This document shows positions 37,212 through 47,762 of a DNA stretch of 64,000 nt, in pieces. This DNA is from Magallana gigas (Eukaryota), in contig NC_088855.1 of NCBI RefSeq assembly GCF_963853765.1, positions 36,466,205-36,530,204 on the forward strand, written 5' to 3'. The position numbers were made by a program, and so were the translations under genes. The notes under the pieces were generated by a model. It was not told where the DNA came from. It saw nothing but the letters and a program-made list of their open reading frames with translations, and searched no databases. The number at the start of each line of letters is the position of its first letter. Position 1 is the first letter of the stretch.

Positions 37212-38372
37212 TGGTGTTCCGATGGGGCCACTTCGACTTTCGCCTTGAGGGCGAAGATGCGAGAGTGTGAAGTTGCGAAGGCGAAATTGCGAAGGTGCGA
37301 AGGCGAAGGAGCGAAAGTGCGAAGATGCGAAGGCGAGAGTGCGAAGGCGAAGGAGCGATACTACTATCGCTCTTTCGCCCATGCAACTTCGCACTCTCGC
37401 CTTCGCAACTTCGTCTTTTTTTTTATTGCATTCAGCATGAGGTCTCGGTCGATTCCAATGGAATCGAATTTGTTGCAGGCACCGTACTCGCCCGAGGTTT
37501 GCCGATTAATCTCAGATGTTATTGATACCCATGCGCTATAGGCCATCGTGCTTACTATGAAAGATTATTAATATTTTACTGTGTTATGTGACATATATGT
37601 TTACCGGTGCTCACTATGCCTAATCATTATATACTCCTCATAAAATGTAATGTCCGCAATAATGTGTACACATACACTTCCAGACTCCCGTCACTTATCA
37701 GCTGTCTGTTTACCTTAAACCAATATCGTGGTTCAAACACATTACCATTTTAATTTAATTATGCGACATTCCTTTTTCATGCACGGATGAGCTGGAGAGG
37801 GGCCCGGACCCCCCCCCCCCCCCTTTCCCCCACGGAAAATTAATTTCACACAGTAATTGAGAGAGGGTCGGACACCTCCCCCCCCCCCTCCACCCCTGGA
37901 AAATTTAGTATTATTAAATTCACATAGTAAAATTACCAAAAATATGCCTCGGACCCCCCCCCCCCCACCTAGTACAAAAGTACAATTATCCCTCGGATCC
38001 CCCCTCCCCACTAGCTAGAAATAATGAAAATATTGATCTGCTCGGAGTGCGGAAAATAAATTCTCAAAAGTTAATCTTTTGCTAAAGACGTTATTTTATA
38101 CAGCGACAAAAAAATATCTTTAAACGATAGAGAGCTCAAAAAACATAAAAGTGCGAAGGCGAGAATGCGAAGTTGCGAAGGCGAAAGAGTGATAGTAGTA
38201 TCGCTCCTTTGCCCTCGCAACTTCGCACTTTCGCCTTCGCATCTACGCGCTTCGCCGTCGCATCTTCGCGCTTTCGCTCCTTCGCCTTCGTACCTTTGCC
38301 TTCGCAACCTCGCATCTTCGCCCGAAATTGCAAAGGTCGAAATGGCCCTATCGGAACACCATAAGCTATATG
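37212..38372. mobile_element. About 1.16-kb foldback-type element with about 220-bp terminal inverted repeats built from degenerate GCGAAG hexamer arrays around a palindromic centre, and a poly-C tandem-repeat core
   Basis: 37212-37245 'agctattatggtgttccgatggggccacttcgac' is the reverse complement of 38338-38372. Each arm reads (gcgaag)n - 'gagcgatactactatcgctc' - (cttcgc)n. The two arms have complementary long/short asymmetry. Confidence 0.55.
37790..38030. repeat. Tandem array (about 4 units of 55-65 bp), each unit starting 'c(c/t)cgga(c/t)ccccccccc...cc(a/t)c...ggaaaatt'
   Basis: Units begin at about 37797, 37866, 37940 and 37992, each with a 10-15-nt C homopolymer. This is the core of the foldback element. 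Confidence 0.6.
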
Positions 38373-40319
38373 TCGAAGAAAAAGACTGAATTTTCTACTT
38401 CCGTTTATGAATTTATGAACAACAGCGAAAATTAAAATTCATGTCATAAGATACGGTAGCCCTTGAATTATTTTGTTTAGTCGAGCAAGCTTTTTGGAAG
38501 GCTATTACTTGCACAGCTTGCACTTCTGTCAACACTGGAGAAATATTATGTCACATGCTCAAAACAAGGATGACAGGCACATGTTATTGCTGTTTTCATT
38601 CTCTTGTCTAATCATCTCAAAGAGAGGACAAGCATTGTGGGCAGGTTTATAAGATTATAGGAGTTGACACTGCTGCTGATTTCTATAAAACCAGCGGGCA
38701 AAACCGGCCCTTTTAATTTTTCAAAAATCCGTCAAACTAGATAATGTAATCATGCAGTTTTTAATTTTTACCTCGGCTAAAAAGCTCTTACAGTAACTTT
38801 GAAAGAAAGATGTTCACATGCATTAGACATTTAAATTGATTTTTGATATTTAAAAAAAAAAATGAAAAAAAAATAAAAAACTACATTGATTTTAAATACA
38901 TTTTGCCCATCGTCTCAATTTGTACATTAATCTTGTACATTGGGCGTTGTCAGAGGTGCAAGCGAAAGTTGCGTAACACGATCTCTGGTGAGAGAATGCA
39001 AACTATTATGATGATGGTGTATAAATTCATATAACATGAAACATAATTAATTCCATACTGCAAAAGGCAAAGAAATAATGGATTAAATGTCTTTATTTAC
39101 ATTATATACCAGAACATCCTTTCTATAATTATTATTTGAAGAACGTTGTCAATACATTTCATGACGTCATGACGTTTTGGTTAACTGAATAGCTATAAAC
39201 AATGCTATGTTTAGATAACTATTATATGGAAACCGTAAAAGATATTTTCAAAAATCAAACTGTTTTGAAACCGGTTAATTCTCTAAATAGTTCACTCAAA
39301 ATTTCATTAACTTTGAAAACAGGGCCGATTTTGCTGCTTACCGTACCCAGTTCTTTAAAAATGTGTTTGATAAATCATAATGCATGTATGTAGTACTGTT
39401 TCAATCAGTAAAATAAAAAATAAGTATTATACTTGAATTATTACCCTCTTATTCGATGTTGATGCCATCTTCTATAAGTCTTTTGGGTTTCTTCGCCTTG
39501 AATTTCTCTGAATACTGAGATCGGTTGTCAAAGCCGCTATGTTGGCAATGATCTATATCCACAATGAACGTGACGCAAGCCATTGTGACGTCATAATCGT
39601 TTACATCATTCCGATCTGCTAATTTTACGTTCTCAAAAAACGAAAATTGTTTTCAACTTAAAATGTCATGTATAATTAAAATTGAAATAAATCATAAGTT
39701 GTATAAAGAGTATCATCAGATATGTCAACAGTCACATCTCAAAACTTTTAGCATAGAACGCCATTACCCTTAGCACAAAAAAGTATTTTATACATACAGG
39801 TTTTTCAACTATAACTGAATAATTATTATGATAATCATTTATCTCATCTTCTACAGGCACGTAGCATCTATTTAAAAGTTGGAGGGGGTAACCTTTACAA
39901 GGAAAAAAAAAGGCAACCATCTAAATTTATGAACACCCTAATCCGTTCCGTGGGGGTGGGGTAATGCGCCTATGAATTCAATTTCTTCGTTCGTTTTCTT
40001 ATTTTTACTTCAATTTTTTACATTGACTCAAAAAAGAGGGGACACAACTCCTTACTAATTGATTCTTTTATATGTATATTTAAGATTATTTATTACTATT
40101 ATTAATTATTATCATTAATTCAATATCTTTTGATTCGACAAAAAGTGGGAATGTGGGCTGCCCCACCCCTTTTCGCCCCGATGCTTCATTGTACGTGTCT
40201 TCCTGATAATTGTAAAAATAAACGATCCCAAAGATTGTTCTCTTATATACAATCGAAATTTCAATCAAAAATTCAGCAGAATTTCCACATTTACTGATAT
40301 CACAAATGTGTTCTGTAAA

Positions 40320-40514
<195 letters not shown>

Positions 40515-40612
40515 ACTTCGCCGGGGAGGGGGGGGGGCAAATTTACAAGGAAATGTAATCATCAATACTTTCTTTGGTTAATATTTTTATTTCTATTCTA
40601 TTCACATTTACA

Positions 40613-41053
40613 TTAATTGGTATTATACAAAATCCGAACACTTAGAGAACATGTATCACAACACACAATGTCGAATTTTATTTTTACATCAGTCTCCGAG
40701 AGTGCATACAATCCGCCACATCTACATGGGTAAGTGTAAACATGTTCATCACAGTCGGGTGTATCACATATCTCGAACTCTTCGATTTCAATGTCATCTT
40801 GAATTGGCCAGTCTTGTGATATGCATCTTTGTTTCCACTTTATGTCGTACTGGTTTCTTAAGTCTTCATCGCCTAAAATTTTCCAAGCAAAACTAATCTT
40901 AGCAAAATCGTCATTAGCATCCGACAGCTTTTCCCTACTTTGAGAAGCAACTTTGTCTGGGTGAGTCTTTAATGCGAGCTTCTGATAACATTTCTTTATT
41001 TCGTCACATGTTGCCGATTCCTCGCAGCCCAAAATACTATATAAGTTTTCCAT
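40613..41053 (-). CDS. DNAJC24: DPH4 / DnaJ homolog subfamily C member 24 (J domain plus CSL-type zinc finger), intronless 146-aa ORF
   Basis: Complete ORF. 'YSILGCEESATCDEIKKCYQKLALKTHPDK' is a J-domain with HPD. 'AWKILGDEDLRNQYD' matches. The C-terminus 'YTYPCRCGGLYALSETD...CDTCSLSVRIL' matches the DPH4 CSL zinc finger (human: 'LSCRCGGKYSVSKDE...CDTCSL'). Length and order are collinear with human DNAJC24 (149 aa). Confidence 0.85.
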   Translation of the reverse strand: MENLYSILGCEESATCDEIKKCYQKLALKTHPDKVASQSREKLSDANDDFAKISFAWKILGDEDLRNQYDIKWKQRCISQDWPIQDDIEIEEFEICDTPDCDEHVYTYPCRCGGLYALSETDVKIKFDIVCCDTCSLSVRILYNTN

Positions 41054-41368
41054 TAGCTCACAAATACAGAGAATCCATAATGTTAGTTGTTACATCAAAA
41101 CCTTGCTACTTTCATTTTCATTTCAAAAGTAGTCGGAAGATTTTTAATTCGGATATAATGTAGTCTTGATTTGCGAAGACTCTCGCTCCCGAAACTTGGC
41201 GCTCTGATTTTTAGTTGGGTTTTAGGCTATATCAAGACATATTTTTGTATTACTTCTATTGGTATCTATAATAGTCAAGTGATATCTCTGCAATAAACGA
41301 ATACGAACTAGAACAACTTACTATCAACTTCCGGATAAATTAAACTTGAGGACAGACGAGTCAACGAA
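41054..41368. promoter_or_regulatory. Putative bidirectional promoter between divergent DNAJC24 (minus) and TMX2 (plus) start codons
   Basis: The two ATGs are 315 bp apart in head-to-head orientation. The interval contains an ETS/GABP-like ACTTCCGG (about 41322) and a TATA-like 'tatataatag' (about 41265). No experimental evidence. Confidence 0.4.
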
Positions 41369-41509
41369 ATGTCTAAGTTAATTGCCGAAATCAAAGATGT
41401 TTTAAGCGTACATTTGGTGACCAATGTACTTCTTTCTTTAACATACTATATTCTGAAGGTCAATCGTCCGATTTGTGAATACCTCTTTGATGATTGCTTT
41501 CTCGAATTG
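41369..41509 (+). CDS. TMX2: TMX2-like thioredoxin-related transmembrane protein, exon 1 (ATG; MSKLIAEIKDVLSVHLVTNVLLSLTYYILKVNRPICEYLFDDCFLEL)
   Basis: 'PICEYLFDDCFLEL' aligns with human TMX2 'NPCDFDWREVEILM'. Donor GTAAGA at 41510. Confidence 0.7.
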
Positions 41510-41940
41510 GTAAGAAAATAACTTTCTAACAGCTGATGCCTCGAGGCTTGATTAAGACGCTCTACTTGGCGTCTGTTTTATCCAATTTGTCAACAAGAAT
41601 TGAAATTTAATAACATTGTACAACAATAGACGTTTATTGTGTACCCTCATCAGCGTCAATGGTGGCAAAAATGATTTGCAATTGCTGAATTATAACATTT
41701 GTCTTATCCAAAGTATTTGATATGAATTACCTTTGATATAAAATTGATGAATAAACATATTGGATTGACCTCTAAAAGCTCAAATCTGAAAAAGTTTCTA
41801 AACTACAACAATAATTGATATCAATGATTACAGAGGTTTAATAAAGAATTAAACATGCCTTTTTTGAATTTACGCTACATGATTAAAAGACTCTATATAA
41901 AATTAAGTGCATTAATAGTCCTTTTGAAATGGCATTTCAG

Positions 41941-42001
41941 AAAGAATGGGAATGGATCACATTTCTTGGGTGCATTATAGTGATAAAAGGTCGCAGACAG
42001 T
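41941..42001 (+). CDS. TMX2: TMX2-like exon 2 (KEWEWITFLGCIIVIKGRRQ)
   Basis: Acceptor 'ggcatttcag'. Donor GTAAGT. Aligns with human 'FLSAIVMMKNRRS'. Phase consistent. Confidence 0.75.
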
Positions 42002-42139
42002 GTAAGTATTTATTATTTATTGATCATATAAGAATAAATTTCAGGCATTAAAATTAACTTATTGTTCATTTTTAATCATTATTAAAATCACAAATCTTTT
42101 TTTTAGAATTGATATTTTACTACAGTTTTCATTTTGCAG

Positions 42140-42253
42140 CTGCGTTCTTGGATTATGCCAACACTGCCTGTATGTTTGCTAAGTTTTTGAATGGGGTTAT
42201 GTTGTTTAAAGCAAGCCCCATCTATGGATTAGTTTATTTTCTTGCAGTTTTGT
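42140..42253 (+). CDS. TMX2: TMX2-like exon 3 (SAFLDYANTACMFAKFLNGVMLFKASPIYGLVYFLAVL)
   Basis: Acceptor 'ttcattttgcag'. Donor GTAAGT. Aligns with the human TMX2 transmembrane region '[32 protein letters not shown]'. Confidence 0.75.
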
Positions 42254-42583
42254 GTAAGTATACTTAAAACTATTATTTTTAATAATTGCATGTCAACAAA
42301 TGTTAAACTGTGTCCAAGAAAGGAAAATAAAAGTACACTGTACCTTCACATTTTGAGCAACAAATCAAGGTTAAACATAGCTAAAATTTTAACTTGTCAA
42401 TTGAAAAGTTGTCACATTTACATTGCATATACACTATTTCATAATGGTGAGAAAAATACTCCCATTGAATAAGAGTCTGTAGAAGTTGAAAATGAGCTGG
42501 ACTATCAGACATTTATACTCAGCCTTGCAATTATTTTTTGAAAATGTTGTATCGCCATTATTATTTACTTTTTTGTTTTGTAG

Positions 42584-42660
42584 TACACACTATTGTTCTT
42601 CCGAGACCAGTGTATCAAGGACCTGAATATATCACATATTTCAGGGGACCTAATTTACAG
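42584..42660 (+). CDS. TMX2: TMX2-like exon 4 (LHTIVLPRPVYQGPEYITYFRGPNLQ)
   Basis: Acceptor 'ttttgttttgtag'. Donor GTATGA. Human 'KPPLYMGPEYIKYF'. Confidence 0.8.
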
Positions 42661-42998
42661 GTATGAATTTCATTTTTGATTTTATTACATATATGTACAT
42701 GATATACTATATTCATGTTATTTAGTCTATAAATATGATTTGTATGCTTCTCCTGGTACAAAATTAGTTAATGAAATAAATATAGCATGTAATGTCAGTA
42801 TTCTACAAATAGAAAGAAACATTAAATTGGGTATATAAAATTTTAAATCAAATTGAATATGATTCAGTTATTGTACTTGTATATGATTTTAAAAAAATGA
42901 GTTATAGAACTTACTCTGTGTATTGATGATCAATTGATCATTGTATGAAAATGTCCTTTGAAAAGCTTGTTGCTATAGCATTATTTTCTTCTCTTCAG

Positions 42999-43105
42999 GA
43001 TGAACTGGAGAGAGACAAAAGAATAACCTGGATTGTCACATTTTATGCTGCATGGTCACCTCAGAGTGTTACTTTTGCTCCAATTTTCTCAGAAATTTCA
43101 TCTCA
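42999..43105 (+). CDS. TMX2: TMX2-like exon 5 (DELERDKRITWIVTFYAAWSPQSVTFAPIFSEISS), thioredoxin-fold core; the active-site position reads SPQS
   Basis: Acceptor 'ttttcttctcttcag'. Donor GTATGT. Human '[35 protein letters not shown]'. Confidence 0.85.
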
Positions 43106-43441
43106 GTATGTGTATTTATTGATCCATTGCAAATTTCAGAAACAAAACAATGCATTCATTCTTACTTATATATATTAGCATTAGCACCCAGTATTTGAAA
43201 CCACTCTAAAAATATTTTAACATGAACATTAATAAATAGCTTTCTTTAACTAAGTACAGTAAAACATGCTTATAACAAAGTGCCAGGGACAGGTGATTTT
43301 GCTTCGTTGTAAGTGTGACTGATTATATCTGTCAGGTTTACAACATGTAATAAATTCACGGGGAATGAAAATCGCCTCTCTGTAAGCGTCAAATCATTAT
43401 AAGTGTAGTCGCTATAACCATGTTTTACTATATGATATTTA

Positions 43442-44472
43442 TACCCCCGTTCTGGAGGAGAAAAAGGGTATACTGTTTTATCCTTGTGTGTCTGTCCTTC
43501 TTTCCTTAACGAAAATTTCTGTCGTTTTTTCCTGGCAACTATTCGTTGCAGATGCTTGAAATTTTAACACACTCTTTGTTTAGGCATGCCATATGGTGGG
43601 AACTATTTTTGTACCAATCGGATGTCAGCTTCCTGTTAAATGTCGACTCATTTTGTATACTGTAAACATCTTTAATTCCACGTCTAAAATTTCACAATTT
43701 CCTGTGTTAGTACCTTTCACGTTGTTTTTAATTTCACAGACAATCGGTTTTAATTTAAATGAAGATTTTTAAAATATATGATGCCAATGAACATGTTACC
43801 ATACATTTACATAAGTTTTCTTTGGTATCAGTTAAGTTACTGTCCTAAATCTGTTAAACACTATTTATAAAATTATTTAAGTATTTTGTCGAAGATAATA
43901 GTCATAATGCGCACTATTGTATAATGCACATCCGACATTTTGAACCTGAAAATTAGGGATGAGGGCGTAATCTGTTCAAAACCTGTACGACTTTATAATC
44001 AATTAATCTTAAAAGTGAACTGCACAATATGAAAGCCGATAGCAAACAACCTGGATATTTGGGAATCTTTGAACTGGAGATTTCCAAGATAAGTAAGTGA
44101 CAATTTGCACATGTCTTCACAACAATGGCTTTGATAAGGTCACCGAGCTGAGGGGTGTAAAAAAGATAAATGTGACATTTTCTGTTATAATAAGTGTTTA
44201 ATTAACATTAGTTGTATTAATCATATATAATATTTATGCTTACGTTTAAAAAGATACCATCATTACAATAAGGAAGTGGTAATTTAGGCCCTGCTCAGGC
44301 ACACATCTATCAATAGCATATGTAATGGCTGCATACATGGAGATGGCAAAAACATGTAGTGAATATTCATGGTGGCTTAATGTTCACAGAAAATTGTCTG
44401 ACCGTGAACATAGTGAATTAAAAACACTGTAATGTTTTCCACATCTACAGTTTTCACATCAGAACGGGGGTA
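43442..44472. mobile_element. About 1.03-kb non-autonomous element in TMX2 intron 5, with 13-bp TIR 'tacccccgttctg' / 'cagaacgggggta' and 3-bp TTA target-site duplication (PIF/Harbinger-Tourist-like). Termini are related to the element at 23297.
   Basis: Left 43442-43454 preceded by TTA (43439-43441). Right 44460-44472 followed by TTA (44473-44475). No ORF. Confidence 0.45.
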
Positions 44473-44867
44473 TTACTAGGGAGCATTGGCTCACAGATAT
44501 CTTGTTTATAACATCTGTTAGAACCATTTTAACAAGACCTTGGACTTTCGGTTGGACGTAGCTATCTATTTCTTGCGTCAAAATAAGTTAAAAATGACGC
44601 GGTTTCAAGCAAAATATGCACCGATTGTGTAGTCTTAGCTCAAACAAATCAGACAAATCTTGTTGATTTCAAAGAGCCATGGCTGAGTGGCTAACAATGA
44701 AATGGACAGGCCTACGTCACATTGCTGTTTAACACAACTACCCAAAGTCCAAACTCCTGTTAAAATGGTTCTATATCTTTATTGCTGTTTTAAGCAATGA
44801 TATTAAATGATGTGGTTGATGAATTTTACAACATCACTCATATTACTGTAATCATTCAATTTTTTAG

Positions 44868-44933
44868 ATACAAACTTGACAACCTGAAGTTTGGAAAAAT
44901 TGATGTGTCAAGGTATCCAGATGTAGGACAGAA
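44868..44933 (+). CDS. TMX2: TMX2-like exon 6 (QYKLDNLKFGKIDVSRYPDVGQK)
   Basis: Acceptor 'aattttttag'. Donor GTAAGT. Human '[23 protein letters not shown]'. Confidence 0.8.
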
Positions 44934-45198
44934 GTAAGTACTAGCAAATTAAAAACTTGAGCATTCCTCAGCAAACATGACAGGTTTTAATGTTGTGTTT
45001 ATATGAGAATATATAATATCTATCTTCAATAGATTTTGAGGTCTTTGCTACAGTATTATATATCAATGATCAATTAATGATAATTTTATGATGAATGCTT
45101 GTATCAGCTGCGACAGCATAAAGATTTTTGTATAGGTTTGGACTCGAGTTAAATTTTTTGTCATTAAAAGAGCTAAAAATTTTATTTATTTCTTTTAG

Positions 45199-45328
45199 GT
45201 TCAATGTAGACAGTAGTTCTTGGTCAAAACAACTGCCATCAGTGATTGTGTTTGAAAATGGGAAAGAGACGAACAGAAAGCCATTTATTTCACCAAAGGG
45301 CACTGTTGTACGCTACAGGTTTACAAAG
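45199..45328 (+). CDS. TMX2: TMX2-like exon 7 (FNVDSSSWSKQLPSVIVFENGKETNRKPFISPKGTVVRYRFTK)
   Basis: Acceptor 'tttcttttag'. Donor GTGTGT. Human '[43 protein letters not shown]'. Confidence 0.8.
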
Positions 45329-45802
45329 GTGTGTAGTTTTATGATCATGATTAAATTCTATTACGGTACCTCCAAGAAAAATATCTTCCCAACTTTTAAT
45401 TACCAGTAGAAAAATATACAAATCCAAAGTAAAAATTTTGCACTTGGATATGAATTTTATACATAATAAGATGTATAAATAGATCAATTTTCAAAGATTT
45501 AGCACAAAACTCTCTAACCACATATATGATTTTAAAAATTACGTGCAGTTTTATATTAACTTTTGGGCTAAACATCATCTGTTATCTTTTTATTAAATTT
45601 GAGTATTAAAGGGTGATTTCTACTTTAAAATTCATGAAAAGATCCAGTTATTTTAAAGAATTACATTCCAAGACCACAAGTACTTGTATTTCATTATCAG
45701 ATTCAGGGGTATGTGACTGGGTCAAATGTTTTGGTTGTTATTCTTTTGAAAGATTGAAAAAACAAGTTATTCTATGCATTTTTCATTTTTTTTATTTGCT
45801 AG

Positions 45803-45922
45803 GAAGGATTGCTTGCCGATTTGGATCTCAATAACATCTACCAAAAATGCAAACAAAATCCTCTAAAGGTGCGCAAAGAAAAGAAGGATGAAGATATTGC
45901 CAAAGAGAAGAAAGAAAACTAA
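45803..45922 (+). CDS. TMX2: TMX2-like terminal exon 8 (EGLLADLDLNNIYQKCKQNPLKVRKEKKDEDIAKEKKEN*) with C-terminal di-lysine KKxx motif
   Basis: Acceptor 'tttatttgctag'. Human 'ENVIREFNLNELYQRAKK...ENKKDK'. The terminal KKEN satisfies the KKxx ER-retrieval pattern. Confidence 0.8.
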   Translation, partial: EGLLADLDLNNIYQKCKQNPLKVRKEKKDEDIAKEKKEN

Positions 45923-46384
45923 AGTCAACAACAGATGTTATAAAAAACTTGTATGTGCAATTGTGAAAGGACTTGTTAGTGTGTGCAATGAATATAATTT
46001 ACTAAATTCACATATCTGTATGTAATATGTACAATGATTGGTGTATGTGTATGGTCACATGACTTGGATGTCACAATATTCAGATTTCATATGATGGGAT
46101 ATGGTTTCCTGACAAGTACTGGATCTTAAAAGAATTTCTAAATAAGGATCAGATCATCAGACTGTCAATCAATACATTTGTATTTAATATGAATCTCTTT
46201 TTTAATGTTTGACTGGAATGGAAGGAAATAAAGTCAGTTTTCACATTTTTTTTAAATACCAGTAGCTGTTTATTATTTATGCTTAATAAACACCATGTTC
46301 TTGTTGATAAAAATTTTAGCCAGTATTGAAAACCCATTGCAAATAATTTACACTATCCAACCTTGTGAATGAAACATTAAATTA

Positions 46385-46960
46385 ATAGCAGTTGAAGAGG
46401 AGGACTCAAGTTCTTTGTAGCAGTTGTAGGGGAGGACCAATGTCCTATGTTAAAGAGGAAGACCCGGTTCCTATGTTGCAGTTGAAGAGTACTAAGTTAC
46501 AGTTGAGGAGGACACACCTAATATGTTGCAGTTGAGTAGGATCATTGTCATTTGTAGTAGTTGAGGAGGATGACCCAGGTTCTTTTTTGCAGTGAAGTCG
46601 AAGTTGCAGTTAAAGAGGACTCGAGTCCTATGTAACAGTTGAAGAGGAGGACCCGAGTACTTTGTTGCAGTTGAAGAGGACTCACATCCTGTGTTGCAAT
46701 TGAGAAAAACCAATTTCCTTTGAAGCAGCCTAAGAAGAGGACCATGGTCGTTAGTTGCAGTTGAGGAGAAGAGGAATTAAGGTCCTATATAGTAGTTTTA
46801 GAGGAGGACCATGGTCGTTAGTTGCAGTTGAGGAGAGGAAGGATGAAGGTCCTATATGGTTGTTTGAGAGGAGGATATAGGGCCTTTGTGGTAGATGAGA
46901 AGGACGATAAAGGACCTTTGTAGCAGTTGAACCCAGGTCCAATGTTGTAGCTAAACATAA
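46385..46960. repeat. Minisatellite: about 18 degenerate copies of a 31-33-bp unit 'gcagttgaggaggac(c/t)...gtcctatgtt'
   Basis: Repeated 'gcagttgaagaggaggac', 'gcagttgaggaggacac' and 'gtagttgaggaggatgac' at roughly 31-bp spacing. Lies about 460 bp downstream of the TMX2 stop. Confidence 0.8.
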
Positions 46961-47651
46961 CTCGGATCCTCTGATAAATTACAAAAACTTTGAAGACCAC
47001 GACTGGAAGTCCAATTATCAGTTTATTGGGGAGGATTGGTCAGCAAATATTTCACCCGCGAATTGCATATGAAATGCTAAGAGTTTTTTTAATTTACACA
47101 AAAATTACGTAAACTAACATTTTGACAATTTTACTGTTCAATATAAAAACAATGGAAATAAATAAATTCCTTTTTAATAGTGAAGGAACAAAAAGGTATA
47201 ATGTAGTGTATGATGTACATGTAGTCAATGTTATGGGATAAAGTACGAGGCATTTGAGAAGGCATGTGTTCAAAAAACACAGTATGTCACTACATCTGAA
47301 TTTTGAATAAAGTATATAATAAGAGTAAACAGATTTATGCAAGTAATATTTGTTAAATGCCTTGTCTGCGCCACACATGAAATGTGTTGTACATTATTTT
47401 TGGGAGTTGATTTTAATCAACTTGCCTATGCAGTTACTCAGACAAACCGAAAGTGAAACAGTGTTTGGACCTCAGCACAAATCATTGCTGCTGACAAGAC
47501 TTAGTTCTTGAAAATAATTGATAAATTCGATGTAATGTATGCTAAAACATTGTTTTCAAGGAAACTTATTTATAAGTACCTTGAAAATTGTCAGATTTTA
47601 AATGGTACGAACAATTTAAATATTTTTTGTAGTCGTATGTATTCCTACGCC

Positions 47652-47762
47652 AGAGTTCAATATAGTCTCGTTCAATTCGACGCTCGGCTGTCTCCGTAAA
47701 TCCTTGTCGGAGATTTACGGTGTCAGCCGAGCGTTTGGTTGAACGAGACTAGAGTTCAATAT
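47652..47762. mobile_element. 87-bp foldback (two 39-bp inverted arms plus a 9-bp loop) flanked by 12-bp direct repeats 'agagttcaatat'
   Basis: Arms 47664-47702 and 47712-47750 are reverse complements except for two 4-5-nt patches. Direct repeats lie at 47652-47663 and 47751-47762. Confidence 0.45.

Noticed and set aside
37790-38030. Regularly spaced short repeats with unique spacers, superficially CRISPR-like
   Set aside because: Eukaryotic context. The repeat units are degenerate and dominated by C homopolymers. No cas genes are present. Better explained as the tandem core of a foldback transposon.
37144-38389. Cluster of 60-116-aa ORFs rich in R/C/E/G/A ('RRCEGEGAKVRRCEGESAKAKE')
   Set aside because: They are read-throughs of the GCGAAG/CTTCGC hexamer arrays of the foldback arms, on both strands and in all frames. 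The composition is periodic, not protein-like.
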